DNA from: Octopus bimaculoides
Taxonomy: Eukaryota
Assembly: GCF_001194135.2 (NCBI RefSeq)
Contig: NC_068982.1
Coordinates: forward strand, 92,189,302 to 92,253,301
DNA: 64,000 nucleotides
Direction of reading: 5' to 3'
In this document: in pieces, positions 61,030 to 64,000 of the stretch
Layout: the number at the start of each line of letters is the position of its first letter
Numbering within the stretch: position 1 is the stretch's first letter
The notes under the pieces: model-generated
The model's input: the letters and a program-made list of their open reading frames with translations, nothing else
What the model was told of the DNA's origin: nothing
The model's database searches: none
Translations under genes and position numbers: made by a program

Positions 61030-61560
61030 TGGTGATCATTATTTTCATCTATCAACTACAACTTTCCCCTGCATTGAGCACAATGATACACAACAAATCC
61101 CATTCCATCCTCAGTATTCTAAGTTCATCAGCACCACTTTCCTGTGTTAGTCTTCATCATTGTTTTGAAAGGATACCCACATTTCATCCTCCCATGGGTC
61201 AGTTCCTAGATAATATGGCCTGTCTCAAACAATGCCTAACCAGCTACAGCTGTCTTTCTGCTATCTTGTTGACCAGCTAAAGGAGGCCACTTTGAAGTTG
61301 CTCAGTGGTCATATCTATGTCTAGCTGATGACACTGCTTTGAGCTTTGGTGAAATCTAAGTAAATGAGATCAGTTGAAATACATTCATGCAGCTAAATCT
61401 AAAAGAATACTGCCTAGTATTGTACCATTGTTGAGTAAGTGTTTTGTCAACTTCATCGCCTTCTCTATTGATTCAAAAATTAGGCATAAGACACATCTAA
61501 AACTTCTTGGTTCTTCATAGCATGTATATCTTTCCAGTTCTCTGGAGATACTGACACGAG
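61030..61560 (-). mobile_element. CR1-like LINE RT remnant
   Basis: Minus strand gives DLIYLDFTKA, the (V/I)YLDFxKAFD motif, with decayed downstream RT sequence. Confidence 0.55.
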
Positions 61561-62044
61561 TGACAAAGAGTTATCTTCTCAGCAATTTTAGTTTAATACT
61601 AGCAATAAAACTCTTTCAACTCCGAAGATTTCATATCATTTCTATTTTGATCAGTTGTCATGGAGACTTCCACTCATGCTTGATACTTTGTCATTACAAT
61701 TTTATTCTCTATTTTTGTAAATGTATAACATATGTTTTAGTGTTTTAGCTTTTATTAAAACATTAGATTAGTCATTTCCATACATATTCTTAATGTTTTC
61801 AATATTATGCTTTCCTAAACCAAAAGGATTTTGCAATTTCTTCATATTTTTTTGCTATTTGCTATCTTTATATATCTAGCAAGAGGTCATTGCAAATTAT
61901 GCTTTTGAAAATACAGATAATGGTAGTGTAAGTATCATTTTTCATGCCTTTTATCAACCAAAAGTAACTGGAGAATGGATTAATTTTGTTAGTCATGGAT
62001 CAGTTGAGCTTGATATGCAACTTAATTATTGTTAGACTGTTACC

Positions 62045-62690
62045 TTTCCAAGTGAAGGATAGTTATTAGGAGACAAAAGTATCAATCACCTTTTAAATGA
62101 GTGCAGTATACTAACACAAAAGGAGTATAAACACAAACATGACTGTAGGTAAAAGAGTGCATTGGGATGTTAGCCAAGTGTATAGCTTCAAAACAACAGA
62201 AAAGTATGAACACGAACCAGAGGCTGTGATAGAATATGAGAATTACAAGATCTTGAGGGATTTCTTTATAAAGACTGTCCATGCTGTTGAAGCAAGAAGA
62301 CCAGAAATGATAATAGAGAACAAAATAAACAAACAGTGTAAGATCATAGGTTTTGCAATTCCCTATGATAGCAGAGTTGATACCAAAGAAAGTGAAAAAA
62401 TTGAGAAATATCAGGAACTAGCAAGAAGGCTGCGGAGACAGTGAATGATCAAGACAACAATTATTCTTGTAGTAATTGGTGCACTTGACAACATCCAAAA
62501 TGCTAAAAGACTGAAAGGAGATGGAATTGAAACTCCCATTGTCAACCTGCAGAAAAATACCAACCTATATTCTGCCAGAATCCTAAGGAAGATTCTTCAG
62601 ATTTGAGGAGATCTGTTTTCGCCAAACCTCAATGTAAAATACCTGTTAACTAAATTAGCATGCACTAGCATAATAATAATAATAAAAAAG
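62045..62690 (+). mobile_element. 3' end of an R4/Dong-like non-LTR retrotransposon with restriction-like endonuclease
   Basis: INHLLNECSILTQKEYKHKHD / VGKRVHWD zinc-knuckle/RHD region, then ARRPEMII...IIGFAIPYD...KESEKIEKYQEL. (TAA)n tail at about 62670-62685. Confidence 0.8.
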
Positions 62691-64000
62691 ACTAAAGCTT
62701 GGAATTCAGAAACAATCTGTAACTGGCATAGGTACTTCTGTAACTGGCATAGGCACTCCTCTAGCCATTAGGTAACATGTTGCTCTAGTACTGCTTCATC
62801 TCTCTTTCTCCATCTAAAGTAATTCTGTTCTAGAGTATATCCCTTGAATATATATATTTCCATCCCCTTCTCTGTTTTTAGTCTGAATTTGTTAATGTTC
62901 TATTATTTTCCTCACTAACTATATACTTGGTATTCACAATCATTTATTTGAGAAACAACTTCAATTATAATAGCCTTCACTTGTTCCTTTGATGTTCAAA
63001 CCACATTCTTTTGTATCACTTCAGTCATCTTTAGTGTTTCATACAAAAGACATTCATTCCATATTCCATTGTGTATCTTTTATTTTGTGTCTGCTGAAAC
63101 TGCTTTTTGTACTCTTGACTTCCTACTGGAAACTTTCATCTAACATGGTCACTCTACTAGTGAATTGGTTCAAGTCAAGTGAAAGCCCTTTGGTGGTAAT
63201 ACTTTGTTTCATAACAATACTTGATTTTGTTATCAATTAGAATTGTTAGTAATCTACTGTTTTCTAATCTGAAATGACAAACTACAAAAACCTTCCTATT
63301 TTTGCTAAGGTCCTTCGTGTGTCTGTATTATTTTGTTTGTGGTAAAGAACTTTGCCTTTATTTCCTTGGTGATCAATATTTGCTTTCACTCAGTCCTTGT
63401 TTGCTTTGGAGTTTCAATTTCCCTTTGTATTTTTGCTTTTTCCTTCTTATTCCTTTAGAGTGAATTCTCAGATATTTGTAATAATGAGATTTTCAAACAC
63501 TTTCATCAATTCAGTCAATAATTGTCTTGTGTCAAAGCTGTGACTGATCTCTCACTATTGTATCTGTTCTTACAGGATCAGCATGCAGGCTCATCATATG
63601 TCACAATATCAAATATCCTTCTAATCAAGAGCATGTGTGCCAGTTGTTCTTAAGTTCATGACAGATGATAAATAAAGCTGCAAGTATTAAGTAATTAAGC
63701 ATCTTTATTTTTGCCATGACTTTACACAGAATGTGTATACCACGGCCACACAGGTTGTTTAGGAGATTCTCAATATTCCACAGAAGCAAGAGTGTTGAAA
63801 TAACTTAAGGCAACACATTCATCAAGTGTCTGGGTTTAAAGTCTGATTATGCATGTCTGATACCCCTTCATGTTGATGGTCAATATAGAATCCACTTAGC
63901 ACTTCTGCAAGAGATTTGCCAAAGTTATTAATATGTTTGTTCAACCCAGACTCTAGAAAAAATTTCTTGTTGTAGTTAGGCCACTAATAAAAATACTAGA

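Noticed and set aside
1-64000. CRISPR array, operon or other prokaryotic defence system
   Set aside because: No regularly spaced repeat-spacer units. Spliceosomal introns, SINEs/LINEs and microsatellites show eukaryotic DNA.

Overview
AT-rich, microsatellite- and transposon-dense animal genomic DNA with several N gaps. The repeat content suggests a mollusc, most likely an octopus (inference, not confirmed). The window holds part of a tandem cluster of inhibitor-of-apoptosis (IAP/BIRC) genes on the + strand. The terminal RING exon of an upstream paralog lies at 5588-5778. One complete gene can be assembled by hand from six coding exons with GT-AG boundaries and consistent phases (32426-33434, 36780-36961, 40762-40864, 45120-45254, 46296-46433, 54908-55098; 585 aa). 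Its architecture is unusual: a degenerate BIR, a DETD/G caspase-type site, three canonical BIRs, a UBA domain, an acidic linker and a RING. A CpG-retaining segment at about 15.2-17.4 kb is the best promoter/first-exon candidate. The rest is nested, mostly decayed mobile DNA: mariner/Tc1, hAT (including Buster), piggyBac- and Merlin-type MITEs, Chapaev3, Helitron, Gypsy, RTE/CR1/L2/R4/Penelope-like retroelements and tRNA-derived SINEs. The main unexplained structure is an inverted duplication with arms of about 0.75-1.1 kb in the last IAP intron (47253-50513). No CRISPR array, rRNA or genuine tRNA gene was found.
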